Positions 9,153 to 19,265 are shown, counted from the first letter of the stretch. The stretch: 64,000 bases of DNA from Candidatus Woesearchaeota archaeon (GCA_046704725.1 JBJKRI010000008.1:32001-96000), one strand, 5' to 3'. Made by a program: numbers and translations. The notes: generated by a model not told the origin, from the sequence alone.

Positions 9153-11304
9153 TGACAGGACCGTCAAGGTCCTCTGGGTGGCGTTCATCATCCTCGCGGC
9201 GGTCATCATGCTGCAGAACCTCATCATCCTGTTCGCCGTGCCGCCGCCCACAGCGACGCCGGCGGGCACCGCGACCGCGCGGGTCAACCTCTGCGTGGAC
9301 AATCCCCCGCACTGGCTCAACCCAGTCTCGTGCGCTGACGCGCACGCGCTGCAGGCATACAGCTGCGACGTGAGCGCGATCGACAACGACACCGGACAGG
9401 TGATCGTCGGGTACAACGCGACGCTCATCAATGGGCCGAGCGCCGGCGCCCCCTTGTTCGAGAACATCTCGCGCAACGGAACGCTAAGCTTCAACGCGAC
9501 GACCGGCCAGGTCGGCAACTACACGGTGTCCCTCGAGGCGACGGACAACGCAACGTGTCCCTTGTCGGGAAACACCACCTTCAATCTGACCATCCTTCCC
9601 GGGACGGGGCCGCCGATCCTCATCAAACCAATACCCAATAGCACGTGGCAGAAGAACACCATCCTCATCCCGTACAACCTCAACGACTATTTCGTGGATC
9701 CGGAAGGGGGGACGTTGCTGTTCAGGGCGGCGGGAAACACCAATATCAAGATATCCATCGCGGCCGACGGGACGGTGACCCTCCAGCCAGCGAACGGCTA
9801 CTGCGGGCAGGAGATCGTCTTGTACACCGCGACGAACTCCGTAGGCTCGACGAACAGCAACTTCGTCACGCTCAACGTGACCTGCCCGCAGCAGAGCAGC
9901 AGCAGCGGAGGGAGCACCTCTTCCGGAGGCGGCGGTGGAGGCGGCGGATACGCCTTGCCGCAGGCCACCTGCTCGCAGAGCTACTACTGCTACCCCTGGG
10001 ACACGTGCCAGTACACCAAGGCCGTGAGCGCGACGGGAGACAACTACACCGTGAACATCACCGGTGTGCAGGGAAGCCAAATCTACACCGTGGAGGGGCC
10101 GTTGCCGGTCAACACGAGCCTCTACTACACGGGCTACCAGTCACGCAAGTGCATCGATACCAACGAGTGCAAGCCCGGATACAATGTCTATGTGCGCAAC
10201 TGCAGCTACAAGCCGAGCTGCCATGACCATATCCAGAACCAGGACGAGACGGGTGTGGACTGCGGCGGCGTGTGCGGACCCTGCAACACCTGCACCGACG
10301 GAATCCAGGACGGCCAGGAGACTGGCGTTGATTGCGGCGGACCGTCGTGCAAGCCGTGCTACTCGTGCACGGACGGCAAGATGGATGGGAAAGAGCTCGG
10401 CGTGGACTGCGGCGGCCCGGACTGCCCCGCGTGCGCGACGTGCTTCGACGGCATACAGAACCAGGGAGAGACTGGCGTTGATTGCGGCGGGCCGTGCACG
10501 CCGTGCGCGCAGATGCAGACGCCGAAGGGGCAGAACGGCCTGACGCCCCTACAGGTCGCCTTGCTGTCGGCCATCGCGCTCTTGCTGCTCATCATCGGAG
10601 CCACCGTGCTCTTGCGACGCGCGCTGCAGGCGTGGCTGTCCGCGCTCGCGCTGCGCTACAAGAAGCGCAACAGGGTCACGCTCATCGACGCGGATACCCG
10701 CGAATCCCTGCTCTCGGAGCTCGCGGCGCTCGAGCGGACCATCGACGGGCGCGAACCCCTGCCGCGGCAGGCAGCGATCGGCGGACTGTTACGCAAATAC
10801 CTGCACGCCGCGCTCGGTGTCGAGACCGAGGCAGATAGTCAGGTGGTGGACGCCGCACTGACCACGCAGCATGTCAGAGAGGACCTGCGGAGCATCCTCG
10901 CGTCGCTGTATAGGCGCGTGTTCCAGACGGAGTTCACGGACGCTGCGCTCCCGCTCACGTTCCTGCACGCGCTGTTGCATGAGATGCGGTTCATCGTCTA
11001 TGAGACTGGCGTGACCACTCTGAGCGACGCGAAACGGATGCGGGACCAGGCAGCGTCTCTCCCGGCCGCGCCAGAGCGCGTCTCCTCCGAGGATGACATC
11101 TATTCCGCGCTCGGGCTTGGCGTCGAACGTCTCCGCTTCCGGCAGTTCCTGCTCTCCGAGCGGCTCTACGCGCAGATCGAAGCGGCGTACGGGGCTGCGG
11201 GCGAGGCCTCGAAGCGCCGCGTGTATCCTGATGCGGTGCGCTTCAACCGCGAGATGGCCTTCGCGTCGCGGCAGAGCAAGCGTCTGATAGAACGGCTTCA
11301 ATAA
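9142..11304 (+). CDS. Membrane-spanning surface protein: TM, cadherin-like Ig domains, Ser/Gly linker, four DCGG Cys repeats, TM, cytoplasmic helical domain
   Basis: Likely start ATG 9142 (MRLDDRTVKVLW) after GGAGGAG. The repeat CxDxIQNQxETGVDCGGxC occurs four times. Confidence 0.8.
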   Translation: MRLDDRTVKVLWVAFIILAAVIMLQNLIILFAVPPPTATPAGTATARVNLCVDNPPHWLNPVSCADAHALQAYSCDVSAIDNDTGQVIVGYNATLINGPSAGAPLFENISRNGTLSFNATTGQVGNYTVSLEATDNATCPLSGNTTFNLTILPGTGPPILIKPIPNSTWQKNTILIPYNLNDYFVDPEGGTLLFRAAGNTNIKISIAADGTVTLQPANGYCGQEIVLYTATNSVGSTNSNFVTLNVTCPQQSSSSGGSTSSGGGGGGGGYALPQATCSQSYYCYPWDTCQYTKAVSATGDNYTVNITGVQGSQIYTVEGPLPVNTSLYYTGYQSRKCIDTNECKPGYNVYVRNCSYKPSCHDHIQNQDETGVDCGGVCGPCNTCTDGIQDGQETGVDCGGPSCKPCYSCTDGKMDGKELGVDCGGPDCPACATCFDGIQNQGETGVDCGGPCTPCAQMQTPKGQNGLTPLQVALLSAIALLLLIIGATVLLRRALQAWLSALALRYKKRNRVTLIDADTRESLLSELAALERTIDGREPLPRQAAIGGLLRKYLHAALGVETEADSQVVDAALTTQHVREDLRSILASLYRRVFQTEFTDAALPLTFLHALLHEMRFIVYETGVTTLSDAKRMRDQAASLPAAPERVSSEDDIYSALGLGVERLRFRQFLLSERLYAQIEAAYGAAGEASKRRVYPDAVRFNREMAFASRQSKRLIERLQ
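10216..10506 (+). repeat. Four intragenic Cys-rich repeats (CxDGxxxxxExGVDCGGxC)
   Basis: In-frame repeats of about 72-75 nt; GAGACTGGCGTTGATTGCGGCGG occurs at 10318 and 10468. Confidence 0.8.
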
Positions 11305-11307
11305 GAT

Positions 11308-11377
11308 ACATAAGTTATGTTACTTAGCTAAATAATTTGTAGTACGTATATTAGATTAATGTAGTAACGTATATAAA
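11308..11377. promoter_or_regulatory. AT-rich promoter/operator upstream of the RHH pair
   Basis: Palindrome ACATAA-G-TTATGT 11308-11320; direct repeats TGTAGTA(A)CGTATAT at 11338 and 11360; TATATAAA 11370-11377. Confidence 0.6.
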
Positions 11378-11392
11378 TAACCAATATTGTGG

Positions 11393-11518
11393 ATGACTGT
11401 GGGCCGTCTGCACATAGAGATACCTGAAGAGCTGCACAGGCGACTGAAGCTCCGGGCAGTGAAACAGGACACCTCCCTCAAGGATCTTGTCGTCGATCTC
11501 CTGGAGGAGGCCAAATGA
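11393..11518 (+). CDS. Ribbon-helix-helix (CopG/Arc-like) protein, 41 aa
   Basis: Manual translation MTVGRLHIEIPEELHRRLKLRAVKQDTSLKDLVVDLLEEAK; absent from the ORF track. Confidence 0.8.
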   Translation: MTVGRLHIEIPEELHRRLKLRAVKQDTSLKDLVVDLLEEAK

Positions 11519-11634
11519 CTCGCGTCAATATCCCTCTGCCTGACGCGCTGCACAAGCGGCTCCGTATCAAGGCCGCCACAGAAGGGAAGACGCTCAAGGA
11601 ACTGGTCATCGGCATCCTGGAGGAGAGGGCATGA
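11515..11634 (+). CDS. Ribbon-helix-helix (CopG/Arc-like) protein, 39 aa
   Basis: MTRVNIPLPDALHKRLRIKAATEGKTLKELVIGILEERA; ATGA overlaps at both ends, GGAGG SD upstream. Confidence 0.8.
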   Translation: MTRVNIPLPDALHKRLRIKAATEGKTLKELVIGILEERA

Positions 11635-14600
11635 AGCGCGCGGTCCTACTGGTACTGCTGCTGGCCATCCCGCTCGCCGCGGCGCAGCTGCCGACCACAG
11701 TGACTGTCAGCCCGTCGGCGAACGCGACGACGACAAGCACCCTGCAATGCCTGGTGAATGCCACCGGAGGAGGGGCGCTCACCGCGAACGTGACCTGGTA
11801 CCTGAACGGCACGCTCCACGGAGCGGACGACCAGACACTCACATTGACGAGCGGCACGCAGAACGGAACCAATTCAACCGGCGATGTCAAGCCGTACGAG
11901 ACAGTGAAGGGAGAGCTCTGGACGTGCCAGGCGACCGTCACGAACGGTACGGACACGAACATCACGAACAGCTCCGCGATCACCATCGAGGACAGCCCCC
12001 CGATCGTGACGTACCCCATCGTTCAGCAGAACGCGACAGAAGACCACCCGTTCGGACCGATCACCGCAACGGCGTACGATCCTGACGGCGATCCGATAAC
12101 CTGGATATCGCAAGACCAATCGAAGGGACAGTATTCGGGAACGCAACTGTTCACGATACAGTCCGACGGGACCATCAGCTTCACCGCGGACCAGCCAGAG
12201 AACGGGAACCACAGCATGGCGCTCATCGCCACGGACGGGACCCTCTTCGGCGGTCGGGTGGTCGTCTTCGACCTGCTGCCGTTCGACGACCCGCCGATCC
12301 TCTCAGACATCCAGAACCAGACGGCGAACGTCACCATCCCATTCAGCCTTATCGTCAACGCGTCGGATGAGGAGAACGACACCCTCGCGTACAACATCAG
12401 CAGCGACATCCCATCGCTGAGCATCGCCCAAGTGGATAACACCCATGCGAATATCAGCTTCACTCCCACGTACGCGGAACTAGGGAACCACACCGTGACG
12501 GTCACCGTCTACGAGACGAAGAACGAGAGCAAGAACGACACGAAGACCTTCGTGATCGATGTGTACTCGAACAACAGGCCTCCAGCCATCGACACGATAC
12601 TGTACCAGAACACCAGCCAAGGCGGCGTCCTGAACCTCACAGTGAACGCCACGGACAACGACACGACAAACACGCTCAACTTCAGCGTGATCGGGAACTG
12701 CCCGATCACGAACCCCTGGACGATCACGACACTGAGCACCAACCATTCCGACGCCATCGGACAGATCTATGTCGCGAACGTGACGAACGACCAAGTCATC
12801 TGCCGAAACGTCACACTCATGGTCCGTGACTACGTGGGAACGACCCCGCTCACGAACGACACGCGAACGCTTGTGCTGAACATCACGAACGTCAACGACC
12901 CGCCGACGGTCCACGAGCTCTCGGGATACGCGGGGAACACGGAATCGCAGCAGAACATGAGTAACCTGACGGCGAGCACGGGACTGCCATTCGTCTACCA
13001 CGTCAACGCCACAGACCCCGACACGCTGACCTACGAAGGAGAGGTGCTCAACTACAGCGACAACACCACGCTGTTCACGATCAACAACTCCACAGGCCTC
13101 ATCAACTTCACGCCGAACCAGAGCGAGGTGGGAGACTATGCGATCAACATCACGGTGATGGACGACCAAGGACTGTGGGACAGCAGGAACCTGACCCTGC
13201 ACGTCGTGAACAATACCTTCCCGACACTGATCCCCGTACCGAACATGATGTGCCAAGAAGACGCGAACTGCAGCGTCTCGCTAGAGGCCTACGACCCAGA
13301 CCCGGGAGAGAACGAAACATTCACCGTCAGGAACGTGAACTACAGCACGAACAGCAACAGCACCGTCGACCCGACGTTCACGCTCATCAAGACCTCCTGG
13401 AACACCAGCACCGTCTGGAAGAACTTCACGAACAGCATGGTGGGCAACTACACCTACAATATCACCGTCTCGGACCATTACGGTGCGACCGACAGCCAAT
13501 TATGGAACCTGACCGTGAACAACACGAACGACCCGCCCACCTATGACGAGAACTTCACGTTGCCTTCACCCATCGTGGCGATGCATCCGATGACGCTCCT
13601 CGTGAACGCCTCGGACAAGGACTTCCTCAACGGGTTCGAGAACCTCACGCTGACCGTCCAGCTCAACGGACCGAACCCGAGCCTGCTCAACGTGACGAAG
13701 CTGTCGAGCATGCAATGGAAGGTCGTGGCGGATCCCAGCACCGGCGATATCGGGCAGTACAACGCGTCGTTCGTTGTGACGGACATCGCGGGAGCGAACG
13801 CGACCAGGAACCTCAGCTTCACCGTCTACAACAAGAGCCGCCCACCCGTCATCCTGACAGTATATCCGTTCTGGAACTCCTCGACCAACCAGACGCAGCT
13901 CTCCTTCGCGAACGCGAGCCCGTTCTCGGGATCCACGAGCATCAACAGCAGCGAAGCGTCCACGCTCCGGCTGAACCTCACCTATATGGATCCGGACACG
14001 GCGCTAGGGAACCTGACAGTGACATGGACAGGGGACAACAAGACGCTCAAGACCGTCGCGGGGACCTCGGACCCCGCGCTCACCCTCAACTATGGGTATT
14101 TCGACGCGGGGACGCACATCTACAAGGTCAACGTCAGCGATAACCGTTACGAGAGCGATACCTTTCAATGGAACGTCACGGTGGCCAACGTGAACCGCGC
14201 ACCCTATCTCGTGCACAACATCACCAACTTGACGATCAACCAGACGACGACCATCACGGATTACATGAACGCCTTCCTGGACCCCGATGACGACCTCAAC
14301 AGCAACGGTGTCCTCGACCCGAACGAGACCAATCACCTCACCTACACCTACTCGTCATCGCCGTACCTCAAGATATCGTTCATCTGGCCCAACACGACGC
14401 TCACGCCGCTCAAGACAGGGACAGCGCACATCGTGTACACCGCAACGGACTCTGGCGGACTGTCCGCGAAGAGCAACAACGTGACCTATACGGTCATCAT
14501 GCCGCCCCAGCAACAGCAACAGACGAGCTCATCGAGCAGCGGAGGCGGCGGCGGAGGAGGCGGGGCCAGCGTCTCGACACCCGTGCCCGTGCCGACCATA

Positions 14601-15272
14601 TCAAGCCCGAACAGCATCCAGATACTCAGCCCGAGCCCCGTGACGATCTACTACAACCAGACCATCGCGGCGCCGCTTACGGTGCGCAATCCCGGAGACA
14701 CGACATTGTATGGGGTGAAACTGTCGGCCACGGCGGCCGTCAAGAACGTGACCTTCGCGTTCAGCACGGACCAGTACGCCACGCTCGCGCCGCACGAGGA
14801 GCACAACCTCACGCTCTACATCTCCAACTACCGGTCGTCAGGGACATACGAGGTGAAGGTCCTCGCCCAGGCAGACCAGCCAAAGGTGAACGACAGCACA
14901 CTCATCTACGTCAACAGCATCGAGAAAGGCAGCGAAGGGAGCGCGGTGCAGACGCGCGTGACGTTCGCCAAGGACCTGGTCGCCTCGAACCCCGAGTGCA
15001 TCGAGCTCAACACGCTGGTGAAAGAGGCGCAGCGCGCCGTGGACACGGGGCAGATACAGGAGGCGGACAAGCTGCTCAACGCGGTCATCAACGGCTGCAG
15101 GTATCTCATCTCGACGAGCGGCGCGCGCCAGGAGACCCCCCAAGGGCTTGACCTGTCGTGGCTCGCGAACTTCCGCTACGCCAACGAAGTGCTCATCGGG
15201 CTTGTCGTGCTGCTCGGAGGGATCGCCGTGCTGCTCGTGATGCACTACCGAGAATCGACGCGAGAGGACTGA
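11631..15272 (+). CDS. Large surface glycoprotein with tandem cadherin-like Ig repeats, EF-hand-like loop and C-terminal TM
   Basis: Signal peptide; repeated AxDPD...NDPP motifs; DPDDDLNSNGVLD; Q/S/G linker; C-terminal TM. Confidence 0.85.
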   Translation: MKRAVLLVLLLAIPLAAAQLPTTVTVSPSANATTTSTLQCLVNATGGGALTANVTWYLNGTLHGADDQTLTLTSGTQNGTNSTGDVKPYETVKGELWTCQATVTNGTDTNITNSSAITIEDSPPIVTYPIVQQNATEDHPFGPITATAYDPDGDPITWISQDQSKGQYSGTQLFTIQSDGTISFTADQPENGNHSMALIATDGTLFGGRVVVFDLLPFDDPPILSDIQNQTANVTIPFSLIVNASDEENDTLAYNISSDIPSLSIAQVDNTHANISFTPTYAELGNHTVTVTVYETKNESKNDTKTFVIDVYSNNRPPAIDTILYQNTSQGGVLNLTVNATDNDTTNTLNFSVIGNCPITNPWTITTLSTNHSDAIGQIYVANVTNDQVICRNVTLMVRDYVGTTPLTNDTRTLVLNITNVNDPPTVHELSGYAGNTESQQNMSNLTASTGLPFVYHVNATDPDTLTYEGEVLNYSDNTTLFTINNSTGLINFTPNQSEVGDYAINITVMDDQGLWDSRNLTLHVVNNTFPTLIPVPNMMCQEDANCSVSLEAYDPDPGENETFTVRNVNYSTNSNSTVDPTFTLIKTSWNTSTVWKNFTNSMVGNYTYNITVSDHYGATDSQLWNLTVNNTNDPPTYDENFTLPSPIVAMHPMTLLVNASDKDFLNGFENLTLTVQLNGPNPSLLNVTKLSSMQWKVVADPSTGDIGQYNASFVVTDIAGANATRNLSFTVYNKSRPPVILTVYPFWNSSTNQTQLSFANASPFSGSTSINSSEASTLRLNLTYMDPDTALGNLTVTWTGDNKTLKTVAGTSDPALTLNYGYFDAGTHIYKVNVSDNRYESDTFQWNVTVANVNRAPYLVHNITNLTINQTTTITDYMNAFLDPDDDLNSNGVLDPNETNHLTYTYSSSPYLKISFIWPNTTLTPLKTGTAHIVYTATDSGGLSAKSNNVTYTVIMPPQQQQQTSSSSSGGGGGGGGASVSTPVPVPTISSPNSIQILSPSPVTIYYNQTIAAPLTVRNPGDTTLYGVKLSATAAVKNVTFAFSTDQYATLAPHEEHNLTLYISNYRSSGTYEVKVLAQADQPKVNDSTLIYVNSIEKGSEGSAVQTRVTFAKDLVASNPECIELNTLVKEAQRAVDTGQIQEADKLLNAVINGCRYLISTSGARQETPQGLDLSWLANFRYANEVLIGLVVLLGGIAVLLVMHYRESTRED

Positions 15273-15826
15273 GGCGACTGCACCTGCTTGTACAGCTCCT
15301 GCAACTCCTGCAGGTATTGCTTCTGCAGCGGAGCGCCCAGCTTCTGGAAGAGCTTGTGCGCCTTACGGTAGGCGGCACGGGCCTTCTCTATATCCTTGCC
15401 CTTGGCCGCGGCGAAACCAGTCTGCAAGGCGTGCTCGATCGTCTCCTCCTCATAGGAGGCGAGCTCGTCGGCCAGATCGCGGAAACGACGCAGGACGTCC
15501 TTGAGCGCGTCCTGTGGGACGTCCTTGCCGCTGTACTCGAGAGCTGAAAGCTCGCCGAGCAGCTCGCGCGCGTCCTTGCGCTGCTCCTCCGAGAACGCGA
15601 GGAAATCATGGTCAATGTTCTCGAGCTCGTCGATGATCTCTTCGTAGGTGGGCTCGTATTGCTTCTCGAGCAGATCGAGGAAGAACTCCCTGACGAGCCG
15701 GTAGAACTCCTGCACATCTACGTAGGGCTTCTGCAGGTGATAATCGATCTTCTTGTGCGTGCGCTCGCGCAAGGCAGCGAGCCGAGCCTCATGGGCGCGG
15801 CGCTTGGCCTCCTCACCTTTTTGCAT
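15245..15826 (-). CDS. Cytoplasmic helical protein resembling the C-terminal domain of 9142-11304
   Basis: FYRLVREFF...PTYEEIIDEL...LSALEYS followed by a TPR-like end. TATA (reverse CTTATAAA 15850-15857) supports start 15826. Confidence 0.65.
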   Translation of the reverse strand: MQKGEEAKRRAHEARLAALRERTHKKIDYHLQKPYVDVQEFYRLVREFFLDLLEKQYEPTYEEIIDELENIDHDFLAFSEEQRKDARELLGELSALEYSGKDVPQDALKDVLRRFRDLADELASYEEETIEHALQTGFAAAKGKDIEKARAAYRKAHKLFQKLGAPLQKQYLQELQELYKQVQSPQSSRVDSR

Positions 15827-15933
15827 CGCTTCCCTCAGCCGCAAAGCAGTTTATAAGGGCTTCGCCATCGAAGGTCTTCCCTACAGAGTGAAGCCAATTC
15901 TTTATAAGGGCCGGTGCGGGGTTCGAGAGTGAG

Positions 15934-16956
15934 ATGGCAGGAGACGTGATGCTGCAGCAGAAGCCAGACCCGGGCTTCGAGAAGCTCGTCAGCCATTATC
16001 AGGAGAGATTCACCGCGCTGCGCCAGGAGATGGCGAAAGTCGTGGTGGGACAGGACGAGATCATCACCCAGCTCATGCTCGGGCTCATCGCGAACGGGCA
16101 CGTCCTCGTGGAAGGCATCCCAGGGATCGCGAAGACATTGACGATCCGCGCGCTCGCTCGCGTCACGGGAGGGAACTTCTCGCGCGTCCAGTTCACTCCG
16201 GACCTCTTGCCGACAGACATCATTGGCATCACCGCCTACGAGGAAGGGCGCGGCTTCTACACGGTGAAAGGACCGGTCTTCAGCAACTTCATCCTCGCCG
16301 ACGAGATCAACAGGGCGCCGCCGAAAGTGCAAAGCGCACTGCTCGAGGCCATGCAGGAGAAGCAGGTCACCATCGGCAAGCAGACCTTCCCCCTGCCAAA
16401 GCCGTTCTTCGTCATGGCGACACAGAACCCCATCGAGAACCTCGGGACGTACCCGCTGCCCGAGGCGCAGGTGGACCGGTTCCTGCTCAAGCTCCTCATG
16501 ACGTACCCCACGCCGCAAGACGAGATACGCATCATGCACCAGAACATGACGTTGCAGCGCTTCGAGGACTTTCCCATCAGGCCAGTCTTCAACCCGAACG
16601 AGATCCTCAAGGCGCAAGAGGACGTCAAACGCGTCTTCCTCGACGAGAAGATCGAGCAGTACATCGTCCGGCTCACGGACTGCACGCGACACCCGGACAC
16701 GTACGACGTATCGCTCGGAAAGTACCTCGAGTACGGGGCGAGCCCGCGCGCGACCATCGCCTTGTTCATCAGCGCCAAAGCGCACGCGCTCATCAGCGGA
16801 CGCGCGTACGTCACGCCGCACGACGTGAAGGTCGTCGCGCCCGATGTCCTCCGGCACCGTCTCCTGCTCAACTACGAGGGACAAGCAGAGGGTGTGAGCA
16901 CGGACAAGGTGATTACGGAGATACTGGCGAAAGTCCCAATCGTGCCGACACAATGA
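15934..16956 (+). CDS. moxR: MoxR family AAA+ ATPase
   Basis: GHVLVEGIPGIAKT, RVQFTPDLLPTD, LADEINRAPPKVQSALLEAMQE, ATQNPIE, GASPRA. Confidence 0.95.
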   Translation: MAGDVMLQQKPDPGFEKLVSHYQERFTALRQEMAKVVVGQDEIITQLMLGLIANGHVLVEGIPGIAKTLTIRALARVTGGNFSRVQFTPDLLPTDIIGITAYEEGRGFYTVKGPVFSNFILADEINRAPPKVQSALLEAMQEKQVTIGKQTFPLPKPFFVMATQNPIENLGTYPLPEAQVDRFLLKLLMTYPTPQDEIRIMHQNMTLQRFEDFPIRPVFNPNEILKAQEDVKRVFLDEKIEQYIVRLTDCTRHPDTYDVSLGKYLEYGASPRATIALFISAKAHALISGRAYVTPHDVKVVAPDVLRHRLLLNYEGQAEGVSTDKVITEILAKVPIVPTQ

Positions 16957-17849
16957 TCAAGGAGTTCCATCCGTCCCTTCTGCCGCAGATACGGGAGCTC
17001 TCCATCAAGGCGAACAGGAAGTTCCTCGCTCGCACCTTGACAGGGAACTGGCTGTCGAGCCTCAAAGGGCGCGGCATGGAGTTCAGCGATTACCGCGCGT
17101 ACACGAGCGGGGACGACGCGAGCCTCATCGACTGGAAAGCCTCGCTTCGCGCACGAAAAATCCTCGTGAAAGAACTGACCGAGGAACGGAACCTGAACGT
17201 GTATATCCTCCTGGATGTGTCTAACAGCATGCTCTACGGCAGCGGAGAACTGCTCAAGGCGGAGTTCGCGGCGGAGGTGGTGAGCAGCCTTTCATTCGCG
17301 GCGTTGCACGCGGGGGACGCGGTCGCGCTGGCGATGTGCGCCGACACGATGAAGCATTACCTCCGGCCGTCCATCGGCATGCGCCAGCACAGCATCCTGC
17401 TCAACCTCATCGCGAACGGCGACAACTGGGGGGGAAAGTTCGACTTCGGAGCCGTCATGAACCAGCTCGTGAGCGTGACGCGCGGGCGAGGCGTCATCAT
17501 CATCGTCTCCGACTTCCTCGGCATGGAGGACCGCTGGCGCGGATACCTCGAGAGCGCCTCGGGACGCTTCCAGATGATCGGCGTGTGCATCAGGGACCCA
17601 CGCGACCGTCGTCTTCCAAAGCACGCCGGGGAATACGTGCTCGAGGACCCGTACTCGGACGAGAAGATCGTCATAGACTGCGCCGTGTACGCGGAGCCGT
17701 ACCGACGCTACGTCGAGGACGAGGAGGAGCGCATCCGCAGCGCCTTCCGGCAGGTGCGCGGCGATGTCATCTTCCTGGAGGTCGGGACGGATTTCGTGCG
17801 GCCATTGATGCGATTCTTCCACAAGCGGGAATTGCGGGTGGAGAACTGA
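16953..17849 (+). CDS. DUF58 domain protein
   Basis: GRGMEFSDYRAYTSGDDASLIDWKAS, LDVSNSM; follows MoxR. Confidence 0.9.
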   Translation: MIKEFHPSLLPQIRELSIKANRKFLARTLTGNWLSSLKGRGMEFSDYRAYTSGDDASLIDWKASLRARKILVKELTEERNLNVYILLDVSNSMLYGSGELLKAEFAAEVVSSLSFAALHAGDAVALAMCADTMKHYLRPSIGMRQHSILLNLIANGDNWGGKFDFGAVMNQLVSVTRGRGVIIIVSDFLGMEDRWRGYLESASGRFQMIGVCIRDPRDRRLPKHAGEYVLEDPYSDEKIVIDCAVYAEPYRRYVEDEEERIRSAFRQVRGDVIFLEVGTDFVRPLMRFFHKRELRVEN

Positions 17850-18811
17850 TGATCATCCTGCGATTCACGCACCCCGAGTTCCTCGTGCTCCTGGTGGCTG
17901 TGCCGCTGCTCATCATCACGCACTACCTGCTGTTCCGATTCACCAAGCGTCGCGGGATGCACTTCAGCAACTTCGAGACGTTGCGGCGCGTGACAGGGAA
18001 GAAGGTATTGACGAGGAACACCGGGCAGCTGGTGCTGCGCGTGCTCGCCATAGCCGCTATCATCCTCGCGTTGGCACAACCGAACATCCTGTACACCGGG
18101 ACCGCGCAGAAGAGCGACTATGTGCTCGCCGTGGACACTTCAGGAAGCATGACCGCGAACGACCTGACGCCAAGCCGCTTCGAGGCCGCGCGCAGCGCCG
18201 CGCTCCGCTTCGTTGACGAGCTCAACGGCACGGCCAAGGTGGGCGTCATCGGCTTCTCGGGGACCGTGGAGGTCGGCCAGGTCCTGACGAGCGATATGGG
18301 GGCGGTGAAGGACGCGCTCCAGCAGATGGAGATACGCACCATCAGCGGGACGGATATCCCCGGAGCGATCATCACCGGTACGAACCTGCTGCTGGACAGC
18401 AATAAGGGACGTGTGCTGATACTGCTCACGGACGGTTCGAGCACGACGGGCGGATCGCAGGTGAATCCGGTGCAGAACGCGGTGGCCTACGCGGAGAAAC
18501 ACGATGTGGTCATCCACACGATCGGTGTAGGGAAGATGGGGAGCGTGCCGACGGGCTACCTACCGAAGATCTACAACGTCACGGCCGTGTACGACCCCAC
18601 AACACTCGAGTACATCGCCAACCAGACCGGCGGAAAATACATCCCCGCGCAGAACTCCTCGGCATTGAGCGCGGCGTACGATCGGTTATTGTCCCACGGA
18701 GAGAGCACGTTGCGGGACCAGAGCCTCTCGCTCGGGAGCCTGCTCGTCGGGTTGTTGCTGCTGTTCATCGAATGGGGCCTCTCGAACACCCGCTGGCGCT
18801 TGCTGCCGTAA
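17849..18811 (+). CDS. BatA-like membrane vWA domain protein
   Basis: Start TGATG at 17849; F.HPEFL N-terminus, LALAQP, MIDAS DTSGS, LLTDG, C-terminal TM. Confidence 0.9.
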   Translation: MIILRFTHPEFLVLLVAVPLLIITHYLLFRFTKRRGMHFSNFETLRRVTGKKVLTRNTGQLVLRVLAIAAIILALAQPNILYTGTAQKSDYVLAVDTSGSMTANDLTPSRFEAARSAALRFVDELNGTAKVGVIGFSGTVEVGQVLTSDMGAVKDALQQMEIRTISGTDIPGAIITGTNLLLDSNKGRVLILLTDGSSTTGGSQVNPVQNAVAYAEKHDVVIHTIGVGKMGSVPTGYLPKIYNVTAVYDPTTLEYIANQTGGKYIPAQNSSALSAAYDRLLSHGESTLRDQSLSLGSLLVGLLLLFIEWGLSNTRWRLLP

Positions 18812-18842
18812 GACTGATAAGGGGGAGTTCCGCACCAGCCGC

Positions 18843-19265
18843 ATGGAGACAGTCTGGGTCATCCCTCTCGGCGTGGCGATCGCCGTGGCGTTCAGCCACA
18901 CCACGAAATCCATCACGCACTACGTCCGCGAGGGAAAGTGGTCATGGCGGACGTTGCTCTGGGATACCGGCGGGATGCCGTCGAGCCACAGCGCGACAGT
19001 CACGGCGCTCGCCACCTCGGTGCTCCTCATCCAAGGGTTCTCCGTGGCCTTCTGGATCGCGCTGCTGTTCGCTCTGGTCGTCATCAGGGACGCCTTCGGG
19101 GTGCGACGCAGCGTCTCGGACCAGGCGCACCTGCTCAACATCCTCACGAGCAGGATGAACATCGAGAAGAAGGTGAAGATCGTGCTCGGACACACGCCAT
19201 TGCAGGTCACGGCAGGCATGGCCGTCGGCGTCGGGGCGGCCTTGCTTTCGCAGCTCATCCTCTAA
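18843..19265 (+). CDS. Divergent PAP2 family (DUF212) membrane protein
   Basis: GGMPSSHSA, DAFGVRR, LGHTPLQV. Confidence 0.9.
   Translation: METVWVIPLGVAIAVAFSHTTKSITHYVREGKWSWRTLLWDTGGMPSSHSATVTALATSVLLIQGFSVAFWIALLFALVVIRDAFGVRRSVSDQAHLLNILTSRMNIEKKVKIVLGHTPLQVTAGMAVGVGAALLSQLIL

Noticed and set aside
10216-10506. Regularly spaced repeats resembling a CRISPR array
   Set aside because: They are degenerate, in frame, and encode DCGG Cys repeats within a CDS; no cas genes are present.
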